64,000 nucleotides of DNA from Mustelus asterias. Its lineage: Eukaryota. Positions 23,397 through 34,712 of the stretch are shown piece after piece (positions within the stretch are counted from its first letter, which is position 1; each line of letters opens with the position of its first letter). The notes under the pieces were generated by a model. That model searched no databases and was not told where the DNA came from. It saw only the letters and a program-made list of their open reading frames with translations. Made by a program: the position numbers and the translations under genes. The stretch is from contig NC_135810.1 in assembly GCF_964213995.1 (NCBI RefSeq), positions 86,056,001 to 86,120,000 of the forward strand. The letters run 5' to 3'.

Positions 23397-23710
23397 ATAG
23401 AATCACAGAATCCATACAGTGTAGGAGGCAGCCATTTAGCCTATTGAGTCTGCACCGACTCTCGGCCCACCTCCTTACACATTCATTCCTCTAATTCCCC
23501 TCAACCTACACATCTTTGAATGCTAAGAGGCAATTTAGCATGGCCAATTCACCTAACCCGCACATCTTTGTGGAGCGTGGGAGGAAACCGGAGCACCCGG
23601 AGGAAACCCATGCAGACACGTGGAGAATGTGCAAACTCTTCACAGACAATCACCCAAGTCCAGAATCGAACCAGGTTCCTTGGAGTTGTGAGGCAGCAGT
23701 GTGCCACTGT
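23397..23710 (-). mobile_element. HE1-like SINE with CR1-type tail
   Basis: Plus strand ATAGAATC...GAAACCGGAGCACCCGGAGGAAACCCA...TGTGAGGCAGCAGT. Confidence 0.85.
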
Positions 23711-24814
23711 GGCATTCAAATGTTCAGACACATGCAGGGATGTAAAATTGGGAAGACCTGGGGTCGTGCCAGGTGTCGACAAGACGACACAGGTGTTTTT
23801 GCATCTACATTTGTTGGCTCCTCACGAACTAGAACTTTAAAGCATTTGCTGAGATATTTGTGGATTATGGCATCTATACAAAAACAAACATAGCAGGAAA
23901 GATTGGGATTTGAAATTCATTTTTGAAAAAAAAAGACTTGGTTTTCATATCATTAATTAATAAAAAATATTAAAAATTGAAAGCTTTGTTTCACAGCAAA
24001 AGACTGGAAAACATTCCTTGATGGAAAATAAAAGATTAAGCATGTCAATAGCTTGCATGCTATCTGTATTTATTATGTAAGGAATGGAAACTAAACCACA
24101 GGGTATGTTATTAAAGCTGTTGATGGATTTACCTGCACAAAATGTTGTCAAGGGGGGGGGTCAGAGTTTGCATTTTGTTCTTTTTCTCAGTGTAAGCTGA
24201 GACTAAGCTGAGACTGTCCTATTCATAAGTTAATAAAACACGTTTAACAACTGACGGAATAGACTGCCACCTAGCACAATGAATGCAAATTGGACTGAAG
24301 TAAATTTGAGATAGATCCTTCTTTTAACATTGCTTTTATATCGTGCCTTTTATGTGAGAAAAGGTCCATTTTGCAGGACTAGTGATTATTGAGCAGGAAG
24401 GAGGTAATAGAAGAGACGAACAAAGGCATGATCAAAGACATACGTTTTGTGGAAGCTTTTGAAGAAGTAAACAGAGATAGTAAAGTGAATAGTTTAGGAA
24501 GTAAATTGCAGAGTATAAGAGCATGTTTCTTAAAAGCCTTGCTATCAATGGTTCCCAAAGGGATTAGAAGGATTTGGGCACAGCTTGGTGCAAGTGCCTT
24601 CCATATACAGATCTAAATGACAAGGTCAACAATGTGCTCAAATGGCCTTTTCTGGTTTGTGTTGTCTTATGCCTTACCATGCCCTTTGCCTCACTTGTGT
24701 TTGCATTGCATTACACATCTTGGGATGTTTAAAAATATTATTTCATTTGGCAATTTGTATCATGTTTTAGCATTTTTCACATTCCACCCTCTGGAACCAT
24801 GAGGTCATCCAAAG

Positions 24815-25150
24815 TTCTGCTGCCTGTGTCCTTACTTGCAACAAATCCCATTCACCCATCGCTCCTGTGCTCGCTGACAGACATTGGCTCCCTGTTAAAC
24901 AACACTTCTATTTTAAAATGCTTGTCCTTGTCTTCAAATCCCTCCATGGCTTCACTCCTCCGTCTTCGGAATCTCCTCCAGCCCCATAATCCTTCAAGAA
25001 ATTTGTATTCTTCTAATTCTGGCCCCTTGAGCATCCCTGATTTTAATCACTCCATCACTGGTGGCTGTGCCCTCAGCTGCCTAGGCAGCTCTCTAAACCT
25101 CGCCACTTCTGTTTGCTCTTTTAGAACACGCCTTTAAAATAGCTCTTTGA
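24815..25150 (+). mobile_element. L2 LINE 3' fragment
   Basis: Degenerate ITP.L..LHWLPV..R..FK...LVFK..P.R.L.S signature. Confidence 0.65.
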
Positions 25151-25169
25151 CAAAGTTTTAGTCCACCCT

Positions 25170-25500
25170 GTCAGGAGGTCTTGTGGCGCAATGGGTATTA
25201 TCCCCGCTTCTGAGCTCCGGGTTCAAGTTCCACCCTACTTGATGGCCAAGGAAGGTGCGTTCATAACCCGGCCAAATTGGTTGAGTGTCAACCTGCAAAT
25301 CCTTCTAAACACACCAATGGTCGGTGTAAAGAGTGGGAGAGACTTCCGGTTAGCCACGCTTGATGTGGAATGGTGCCCTCTCAAAGCTATAACCCTCCAG
25401 CAACAGACTAGCGACCTGTTCCAGGAATAATTAGCTATGGAAACAGATGAAAGTCTGCCTTAGTCCGCCACTAGGTGCAGGAAGAGAATTGGAATTGGTT
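25170..25500 (+). mobile_element. tRNA-headed SINE distinct from HE1
   Basis: A box TGGCGCAATGG and B box GGTTCAAGTTCC; GAATTGGAATTG tail; CACCCT repeated at both flanks. Confidence 0.5.
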
Positions 25501-26550
25501 CACCCTAATATTGCCTTCTGTGGCTCTGTGTTACATGTTGCCTTAGAAGACTTATGTGAAATACCTTGGGAGGTTAATATGTTAAAGGCACTTTATAAGT
25601 CTAGGTTGTTCTTGTTTCTGGAGCTGATTCTACATTTATTTTTTGTGTTATTGTTAAAGAGCTCAGCAGTGGCAGCGAGACATACTAATGAACAGAAACA
25701 ATGTCAGCACTTCGAAATATATTGAGAAGCTTGGAAAAAGGAGTCAAGGTATTAAAAATCTACCAAGGAAGTCAAGAGGGCTCAGGAAGAAAGCTGTGTG
25801 TAAAAGACAATAATATACAAAGATTCTACATTGTCTTTGACCTAGTTTGCAGATGATTACATTCCATCAACCATCACAAATTAGTTTGCTTTTTTCAGAT
25901 ACATCATAGTGGAGCTGATACAAATAGGGTAAATGCGTGGGGTTATGGGGACAGGGCTTGGGTGGGATTGTGGTCAGTACAGACTTGATGGGCCGAGTGC
26001 ATTGTAGGATTTTATGATTCCAAATATCATTACAGTTTGCATTTTGAAAGGATAAAACTACAAGAATAAGACATAAATTCCATGTTTGGTTCTCTAATGG
26101 TTGGTAATATTCATTTGATACTTTGATAGTTGCAAATTGGATAATCGTATTGCCTTGTGTGCCTCTCAAACTCCAATGTCCTCTTTCTCTTGGCTTGGAG
26201 AAATCGACAAATTTCAGTCATACCCACACTCAACAGCCACAGTTCAGGAAGTGATGGTCAACTGTACATTTGAAAGTCTTCATACAGGATCTATGTAATA
26301 CTATCTGGGCAAGTGACTGTCAAGCAACAAAGTAACATCAATGCTGGTATTGTTTGGATTGAGACAAAGTACAATGCTGAAGCTACAGTAACTCAATTTA
26401 ATGACATAAATATTCGGGATTGCATTGCGTACTAACACGATTTGCATTGTTGCTTCTACAAAAGACTGGCTGGTGGGAACTGAAATTCCTGTCCAAGTAA
26501 ATGGACGTTTGGCTGCCTTTCTGAATTTTCTGTCCAACCAGCAAAAATCT

Positions 26551-26687
26551 GGGCGCGATCTTACTGGCTGTTCAAGCCCTGCTGCCACTGCAAGCGAGGA
26601 TGGAGAATTTGGCGCTTAGCCAAATCTCCGTTCACTGCTGTGGGACCAGAAAATCCCGCCGGCGTGAACAGCCGGAAGATTCCGCCC
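26551..26687. mobile_element. 137-bp MITE (PIF/Harbinger-like)
   Basis: ~27-bp imperfect TIRs GGGCGCGATCTTACTGGCTGTTCAAGCC / GGCGTGAACAGCCGGAAGATTCCGCCC; central hairpin; flanks TCT and TAT. Confidence 0.75.
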
Positions 26688-27294
26688 TATGTTTAGCTAT
26701 ATGCACTCTGGCAGGCAGCGGGATCATCTTCATCAAATTGTTAGGTTCTGAATTGCGCAGAATCCAAAAGCAATCTGTCAAACAGAACTAAATTATTCAA
26801 TCATATTGCTGGATGGATTGCATTTGCTGGCAGAGATAAAGAGGTCTGCCATTTTGTATCAGTCATTCTAATAGTTTGATAGAGATTCTCAAAAGTGCTG
26901 TCCAGGGTATTTGAGCTCGGGTGATATTCCAGATTGCTGCTTGAGTCCAAGTGCTCAGAAAAATACTTAAAATACTCACAAGAAAGACTTTGATACCTCT
27001 TGGTGAATTGAAAAAATATGTGTCTTGGTGGATTGAACTCTGGTATATTCTGGTACCAATTGCTTATAACCCAGGAATGCTTTGTTTGCAGTTTCTTTGT
27101 ACCCAAAGCTTATATTCCTGGCAGTGAAGTCACAGGAAATTATTCAGATTCCTTCATGGATCATCGGAGTAGCCATGTCTCTGCCCACGTTTTCATCAAA
27201 TTCCATTCTTCTGGACTCTCACTCCAATTCATCATTTATCTTTATTTTATTTTGACTTCAAACAGGCAAAGAATTGGGGTTTGGGGAGAGATGT

Positions 27295-27630
27295 CTAGTA
27301 ATAGTCACCTTGCCAGTTACTGGCAATGCATGCCTGTCTGGTCCTTCCCTGTGAACCCAGGTGGCTGCAGGTATCCTGCAGTGCAAGTCTGAATCTCTTG
27401 AGGCACTAGTGCTCAGACACATCAGAAGAGCTGATCCACTGCCTATAAACCCTCTTTTGGGGGCCATGCCACCCCTTTTCCCCTTTGTCCTGTGAAACAG
27501 CATCTACCTGAGGAGAAGGCAGCTGGTGCTGCTGCTGGTGTTGCTCCTGCTGCAGTTGGTGTTGGTATTGCTGCTCCTCCTGTTCCTCATCAGAAATACA
27601 AGGTTGAGTTGCAAAGGTTGCTCCCATGCC
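27295..27630 (-). pseudogene. PIF/Harbinger (HARBI1-like) transposase N-terminal remnant
   Basis: Minus strand reads MGA..polyQ..KRVYRQWISSSDVSEH*CLKRFRL, then HALPVTGKVTI, resembling Harbinger motifs RVYR.R..Y...SE..C..R.R and ALPV..KV. Confidence 0.65.
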
Positions 27631-27679
27631 ATGGTGAAGGCTGTCAGCAGATCAAAGTGAGTGAAGGGGAGACGTTAGC

Positions 27680-27830
27680 TTAATGGCAATGTCACTGCAC
27701 TAGTAATCCAGAGGCACAGGAAAATGCTCTGGGGTCATGGGTTCAAATCCCATTGTGTGACTCCAGACTCTCAGCAATGCGGTTGACTTTTAACTGCCTC
27801 CTGGAATGGCCTTACAAGCCACTCAGTCCA
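27680..27830 (+). mobile_element. Deu-domain SINE fragment
   Basis: GGTTCAAATCCC B box joined to GTGACTCCAGAC...GGTTGACT.TTAACTGCC. Confidence 0.6.
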
Positions 27831-28027
27831 GGAGCCAGCTCTCCTTGGCAGCTGAAGTACTGCCCAAAGTGACAACTTTAATTGTCAGTGACTGTTGAGC
27901 TAGAACAAAGTCTTTTCATATTCACACAATATTAAAACCCTCAGGTAAACTCCTCTTATCCTTTTATGCTTCAGTAGAAATGACCCCATTATCTCAAATC
28001 TCTTATCATACTCAGACTTGCACTGCA

Positions 28028-28352
28028 GGGCGGCACGGTGGCGCAGTGGGTAGCACTACTGCTCACAGCGCCAGGGATCTGGGTTCAATTCTGGCCTTGG
28101 ATCATTGTCTGTGTGGAGTTAGCACGTTCTCCCCGTGTCTGTGTGGGTTTCCTCCGGGTGCTCCGATTTCCTCCCACAGTCCAAAGATGTGTGGGTTAGG
28201 TTGATTGGCCATGATAAGTTGCTCCTCATGCCAGGGGGATTAGCAGGATAAATGTGTGGGGTTACAGGAAAAGGGGCTGGGTGGGATTGTGGTCAGTGCA
28301 GACGCAATGGGCCGAATGGCCTCCTTCTGGACTGTAGGGATTCTATAATTCT
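28028..28352 (+). mobile_element. HE1-like SINE with CR1-type tail
   Basis: Complete head, body and GATTCTATAATTCTA tail. Confidence 0.9.
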
Positions 28353-29042
28353 AATATAGATTTCTGTATCAGTAAGGTGAATCGTTGCAATAAACTCTAC
28401 GGTTTTAACTGTAACTTTGGATTCATCAATATTTAAGAAAATTTTAACATTACTTCTTGATTTTTGTACTCAATGCCTTTATCACAAGGTTTTCCAAACT
28501 GTTCAAGCTGCAGAATCCCTAGGGACCTCCCAAGAACATCAGGAACCCCAAACATTCTCATAATGTCAACGCCACTTTTTGCCACGAAATAGGTATGAAC
28601 ACAGAAATCAAATGTAAACAAGTCTTTTCTTGTATATATTTGCATATATTAGGGGTTAGGAAGAGGCACACAAATACATTCACCAGCTACAAGACCGCCT
28701 CACATCAACCTCTGGCCAGGCCACCCTCCCACAGCCCCTTAATATTAACCCCTGGAAGTAGTACCCACTTTAGGAGTGGGTAATCTGGTAATAATTAAAA
28801 AGTTACCTTATTAATTTACCTTATTAAAAAAATACTTAAGTCGTATCTTTCACTTTTGTTAATGAGCAGCATGATGCTGGAAAACACACACAAACACATC
28901 TCTTTTACATTCACAAGCACACCTCTCCCACACACTCACCCTGTTGCCTATTTCCTATCTTGTATTAAATCCTGGTCACCTATCACCATTGGCTAATAGT
29001 AAATTTCAGGTCTCCTTTTGTGGAAACCAGTCAAGACTGACA

Positions 29043-29252
29043 GAACCATAGAATCCCTACAATGTAGAAAGAGGCCATTTGGCCCATCAAACTTGCACTG
29101 GCTCTCTGAAAAAGCACCTTACCCAGGTCCACCCCCCTGCCCTATCCCCATAACCCTGCGTATTTGCCATAGCTAATCCACCTAACCTACACATTTTTGG
29201 ACAGTAAGGGGCAGTTTAGCATGGCCAAACCATCTAAACCTGCACATCTTTG
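29043..29252 (-). mobile_element. HE1-like SINE 3' part
   Basis: Plus strand ATAGAATCCCTACA...GGCCATTTGGCCCATC...CCTGCACATCTTTG. Confidence 0.75.
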
Positions 29253-29295
29253 AACTCAGGTCCATTCACAAATGTTGTAGCTAAATTCCCTCATT

Positions 29296-29745
29296 CCTAA
29301 AACCATTCTGGTAAATCTCCTCTGGACCCACACATCCTTCCTGAAGTGTGGTGACCAGAACTGGATGTAGTACTTTTAATGGGGGGAACCAGAGCTTTGT
29401 GGAGGTGCAGCATTGATTCCCTGCTTTTGTACTCAATAACTCTATTTAAGAAGTCCAAGATTCCACATGCTTTGCTCATCAATCTCTCAATATGTCCTGG
29501 TCAAAGACCTATTCACACATCCTCCCAGGTCCCTCTGTACCTGCACACTCTTTAAAACTGTGCCACTAAAATTATATTGTCTCTCCCTCTCCTTTCTGCC
29601 AAAATGCATCACCTCACATTTCTCTGTATTAAATTCCATCCGTCAGTTCCCTGTCCATTCTGTTAGCCTTTCTATGTCTTGTTGCAGTTGCTTTATATCA
29701 TCCTCCTGGCTTGTCACTCCTAAGTTTGGTGTGATCGGCAAATTT
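29296..29745 (-). mobile_element. Old CR1 RT fragment
   Basis: Minus strand KFADHTKLR, KACGILDFLNRVIEYKS and QFWSPH motifs. Confidence 0.75.
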
Positions 29746-32520
29746 TGAAATTATACTCTGTTCCAATATCCAACTCATTTATTGACATCAAAACATCATG
29801 GGGATATAATTCAGATGATGAAGCAGGTGATCAACTGGTAGCCTGGGTCTCAGCTGGTGATCTCCTCCCTGACGCCAAGCAACCAGGCACCTTCCATTCA
29901 TCTGGATGCAAGAAGGGCTACAATTCAGAACTGTGTTTTGTCTCCAGGAATGGTGACGGACATCTTCGCAGAAGATCCTTCCTCACTTCCCAGATAGTCA
30001 ACACTGACCGGCCTGGATCCACATAAGGGTAGAGGTAGCTCTGGTCATGTCCATTCTAAGCTCTGCTTGAATTTCTGTACAGCAAACCAAGATGGACCCA
30101 CAACTGATGTTGGACACTAATCTCAATTCTTTCCCTAAGAGCTACTGTGTGTCCTGCCAGATTCTGAAAGATGCAACTAAAAATACATTCCACATGATTT
30201 CCGCTACACACCTTGCTGAATACCTGAAACTGAGGAACTCCAACAATACAAAGCTTCTGGGGATCCAGATTTTGTCACTGAGCTCTTGGACTCTCTGGAT
30301 ATAGGTGACGGGAGATTGTAGAAGAGCTCAAATTGACTCAATCAAATAGAAACGCCAGGAATCTATCAGAAACCTTCGAGCTGCTTCACCTGCTCAACAT
30401 GAACCTTCCAAAGTATTACCTGCTCCACAACTCTAACGCTGCTTCAACTAAGGAAATTCAGGAGAAACTCTTCAAGACCATTTCAATATCTCTCAAAACA
30501 TTCCTTTATTTTTCTTCCCATTCCAGAGCTAACAGGGATAAAGGCTTTTCTAAAGCAGTAAGGCAAAAAAAGCAACAGGAATCAATGGCATCCATCCTGT
30601 ATTCATTGAAGAACTTGGGACCTAATGGATGTGACTGGTTGGCTTCTTTCTTTACTAACATCCATGCAACTGGCGTCTTTCCATCAATCTCAAGGGAGGC
30701 TAAAGTCTCAAGCCAGGGAAACCTCAACTAATTGTCAGCCCTTATCTGACCTCACTACAGCCTTGGTCCAAATATGGGGAACTGAGCTGAACTCCAGAGG
30801 TGAGATGAGAATGACTGTCCTTGACATCAAGGCAGCATTTGACCGAGTATGGCATCAAGGAGTCCTGAAGCCAGTAGAAATCAGGGGAAAACTCTCCAGT
30901 CAATGGACTGGAGTCAATGCTAGCATTAGGAAGATGGTTGTGGTTGTTGAAGGTCAATTATCTCAGTCCCAGGACATTGCTGCAGTGATTCCTCCAGTTC
31001 ATATTCTAGACCTAACCATTTTCAGCTGCTTCATCAAAGACTTTCCCTCCATCAGAGGGTCAGAAATGAGGATGTTTGCAGATGATTACACCATATTCAA
31101 CATCATTTACCACACCCCATATACCAAAGTAGTTCACATCCATATGCAGCAAGACCTGGGCAATATCCAGTCTTGGGCTGATAAGTGGCAAGTGACATTT
31201 GCACCACACAAGTGCCAGGCAATGACCATCTCTCCTTGGCATTCAATGGCATTATCATCATTGAATCACCCATTATCAACATCCTGGGGAAGTTACCATT
31301 GACTTGAAACTGAACTGGATTAGCCATATCAATACAATGGCTACAAGAGCAGGTCAGAAGCTGGGAATTCTGTAGCAAGTAACTCACTTCCTGACTCCCC
31401 AAAGTCTGTTAACCATTTACAAGGCACAAGTCAGGAGTGTGATGGAATACTCTATAATTGCCTGGAGTGTAGCTCCAACAACAGTTAAAAAGTTCAACAT
31501 CATCCAGGACAAAGCTTGACTGGCATGCCATCCGGTACTTTAAACATTAATTCCCTCCATCACCAACACACAGTGGCAATGGTGCGCCACACAAATGCCA
31601 GGCAATGACGATCACCAATAAGAGACAGTCTAACCACCACCCCTTGACATTCAATGGTGTTACCATCACTGAATCCCCCGCTGTCAACATCCTTGGGGTT
31701 ACCATTGACCAGAAACTCAACTGGACTCACTACATAAACACAGTGCTACAAGAACAGGTCAGAGGCTTGGAATACTGTGGCAAGCAACTCACCTCCTGAT
31801 TCCCCAAAGCCTATCCACCATCTACAAGGCACAAGTCAGGAGTGTGATGGAATACTCCCCACTTGCCTGGATGGTGCAGCTCCAACAACACCCAAGAAGC
31901 TTGACACCATCCAGAAAAAAGCAGCCCGCTGGATTGGCACCGCATCTACAAACATCCACTCCTTTCACCACTGACACTCAGTACCAGCAGTGTACACCAT
32001 CTACAAGGTGCACTGTAGCAATTCACCAAAGATCCTTAGACAGCACCTTCCAAACCCATGACCACTTCCATCTAGAAGGACAAGGGCAGCAGATACATGG
32101 GAACACCATCACCTGCAAGTTCCCCTCCAAGCCACTCACTTTCCTGACTTGGAAATATATTGCCGTTTCTTCGCAGTCACTGGGTCAAAATCCTGGAATT
32201 CCCTAATGGCATTGTGGGTCACCATAGGAATGGGCAACAAACTCTGGCCCAACCAGTGATGCCCACATTTCAGACCTGGTAGGAGCTTTGTTGTTGAACA
32301 ATTACTGGCGCTTATCATCCACATTGAGACTGGCTGCCAATCCATGCTCAAGACATGTGTTGCACTTGCTAACCTTTCATTAGCGTATGAAATTGTGTGA
32401 CAACATAGTTTCTTGTTGAAAGATGCCAGGCTTTTCCAATGCCTGGTTTCAATGCTGAGACCAAACAAGCTCCACAAGGTTTCTAAATGATAAACTTCCC
32501 AAGGCTCTGTATTAGCTCCA

Positions 32521-33015
32521 GACTGTTCTCGTCCTGTGGGGGAGCACTTCAGCAGTCATGGGCATTCAGCCTTGGATCTTCAGGTAAGCGTTCTCCAAGG
32601 CGGCCTTCACGACACACGACAGCGCAGAGTCGCTGAGCAGAAACTGATAGCCAAGTTCCGCACACATGAGGACGGCCTAAACCGGGATGTTGGATTTATG
32701 TCACATTATCAGTAACCCCCACAGCTTGCCCCTGGTCTTGCATAATCTCACCAGCTGTTCTGTCTGGAGACAATACACATCTCTTTAACCTGTGTTTAAT
32801 GTTCCCTCCAACCACATTATCTGTACCTTTTAAGACCTGGCTGGCTGTAGAGATTTGCATTCTAATTAGTATTCTGTAACTTGATTTCTGTGTCTGTGCA
32901 CTGTTGGAGAACAGAGACCACTCCATCTGACGAAGGAGCAGCAAGCTCCGAAAGCTTATGGTATTTGCTACCAAATAAACCTGTTGGACTTCAACCTGGT
33001 GTTGTGAGACTTCTT
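32521..33015 (+). mobile_element. Penelope-like element 3' fragment
   Basis: Encodes PVGEHFSSHGHSALDLQVSVLQGGLHDTRQRRVAEQKLIAKFRTHEDGLNRDVGFMSHYQ* (GIY-YIG C-terminus) followed by pLTR. Confidence 0.88.
32923..32961 (+). ncRNA. Minimal type I hammerhead ribozyme motif (Penelope type)
   Basis: CCAU-CUGACGA-A-GGAGC agcaa GCUCC-GAAA-GC-UU-AUGG, with perfect stems I and II and palindromic AAGCUU. Confidence 0.75.
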
Positions 33016-34309
33016 ATTGTGGGTCAACCCACAGCACAAGGACTGCAGTGATTCTTGAAGGCAGCTCACCACCACCTTCTCAAGGGCAACTAGTGATGGG
33101 CAATAAATGTTGGCCAGCCAGTGACGCCCATATTCCACAAATGAATAAAAACAATCTACAAGATTCACTGCAACAATTCACCAAGGCTAGTTCAACATCA
33201 CATTCCAAATCCACAACCTCTACTACCAAGAAGGACAAGGGCAGCCCATGCATGGGAACACCAGCACCTGCAAGTTCCCCACAAGCGACACACTGTTGTG
33301 ATTTGGAACTATATCACTGTTCCTTTACTGTCACTGGATACAAATCCTGGAACTCCCTTCCGAACAGCACTGTGGGTGTACCTACACCACGTGGATTGCA
33401 CCAGTTCAAGAAGAAGGCTCACCATAGGAATGGGCAACAAACTCTGGCCCAACCAGTGATGCCCACATTTCAGACCTGGTAGGAGCTTTGTTGTTGAACA
33501 ATCACTGGCGCTTATCATCCACATTGAGACTGGCTGCCAATCCATGCTCAAGACATGTGTTGCACTTGCTAACCTTTCATTAGCGTATGAAATTGTGTGA
33601 CAACATAGTTTCTTGTTGAAAGCTGCCAGGCTTTTCCAATGCCTGGTTTCAATGCTGAGACCAAACAAGCTCCACAAGGTTTCTAAATGATAAACTTCCC
33701 AAGGCTCTGTATTAGCTCCAATCCCCTTCAACAACATGCCTCCCACAACCTCTGGAAAGTTTACATGTGAAGATGATCCAGCCCTTGCTATCCAGGCAGC
33801 AGATCTCAGCAATACCTCGTCCGAGGACTTAGAACAGCAATGTTTCAACGACTGGCATCTCCCCTTAAATTCAACTAAGGCCATGTCACTGCTTTCCATC
33901 CCCACAACCAACTGGCTAATAGTAAACTCCAGGTGTCCTCTTCTGGAAAAGAATGATCCATATCCCAAATACCTTGGAGTGACCATGGACAGCAACCTCA
34001 TGCAGCAGGAAAACCTGAAAACCAGAGTAAACTAGCAGGCACCAGCTTGGGATCCAGTGTACACATTCTTCATACTGTTAGCCTTGTTCTTGTATACTCT
34101 TCAGCAGGATACTGCTCCTCTGTGTGGGCAGAAAGCAGCCACGCAAAACACTTGGACACTGCCAGAGACAGAATTTCATGTAGTTCCTTGATTTTCCATA
34201 ATTTTACCTTTTGTCCCAGTGAGGACATCGCAGAGATTGTGCTCCAGTCTTTGGCTTTCCTATACTTTGTTGGTATGAATGAGGCTAATTAAACAACTTG
34301 GACCAGGTT

Positions 34310-34712
34310 ATGCTAACTGCAATCGCAGGAGGTGCAACACCCTTTACCTTTTCCCTCTTCACTGTCGAAAGCCCCAAGCACTCCTTTCAGGTGAAGCAGC
34401 ATTTCACTTGTGCCTCCTTTAACTTGGTTTACTGTATTCGCTGCTCTCAATGCAATCTCCTCTACATTGGGGAGACTAAATGCAGATTGAGTGATCGCTT
34501 TGCAAAACAGCTTCGCTCAGTATGCAAGCATGATCCCAAACTTCCGGTCACTTGCCATTTTAACTCAGCACCTTGCTCTCATGCCCACATGTCTGTTCCT
34601 GGCCTGCTGCAATGTTCCAATAATGCCCGGTGCAAGCTGGAGGAGCAGCTTCCATTTGGGCACATTTCGGCTCTCAGGAATCAATGTTGAATTTGGCAAC
34701 TTTAGATTTTGA
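34310..34712 (+). mobile_element. Penelope-like element of a second family, GIY-YIG endonuclease remnant
   Basis: FTC.S.NLVYCIRCSQCNLLYIGETKCRLSDRF...PVTCHFNS...KLEEQ. Confidence 0.85.

Larger units (their letters stand above)
30740..33470 (+). mobile_element. Several CR1-clade LINE pieces (family sharing its tail with Deu-SINEs) nested in the Vingi element
   Basis: LDIKAAFDRVWHQG, MFADD, WADKWQVTFAPHKC, ILGVTIDQKLNW; tail CTTCTCAAGGGCAA...GGGCAATAAATG. Confidence 0.8.
32219..33720 (+). repeat. ~302-bp direct duplication (32219-32520 = 33419-33720)
   Basis: Copies are exactly 1200 bp apart; I see only two substitutions (ATTAC/ATCAC, AGATG/AGCTG). Confidence 0.93.
29770..34170 (+). mobile_element. 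Degenerate Vingi/Ingi-type LINE split by nested insertions
   Basis: Endonuclease-like WGY...LVAW...TFHS; LKNLGP...WLASFF...REAKV; RT-end PKYLGVT.D..L and WG...LVYS.AGYC..VW. Confidence 0.6.
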
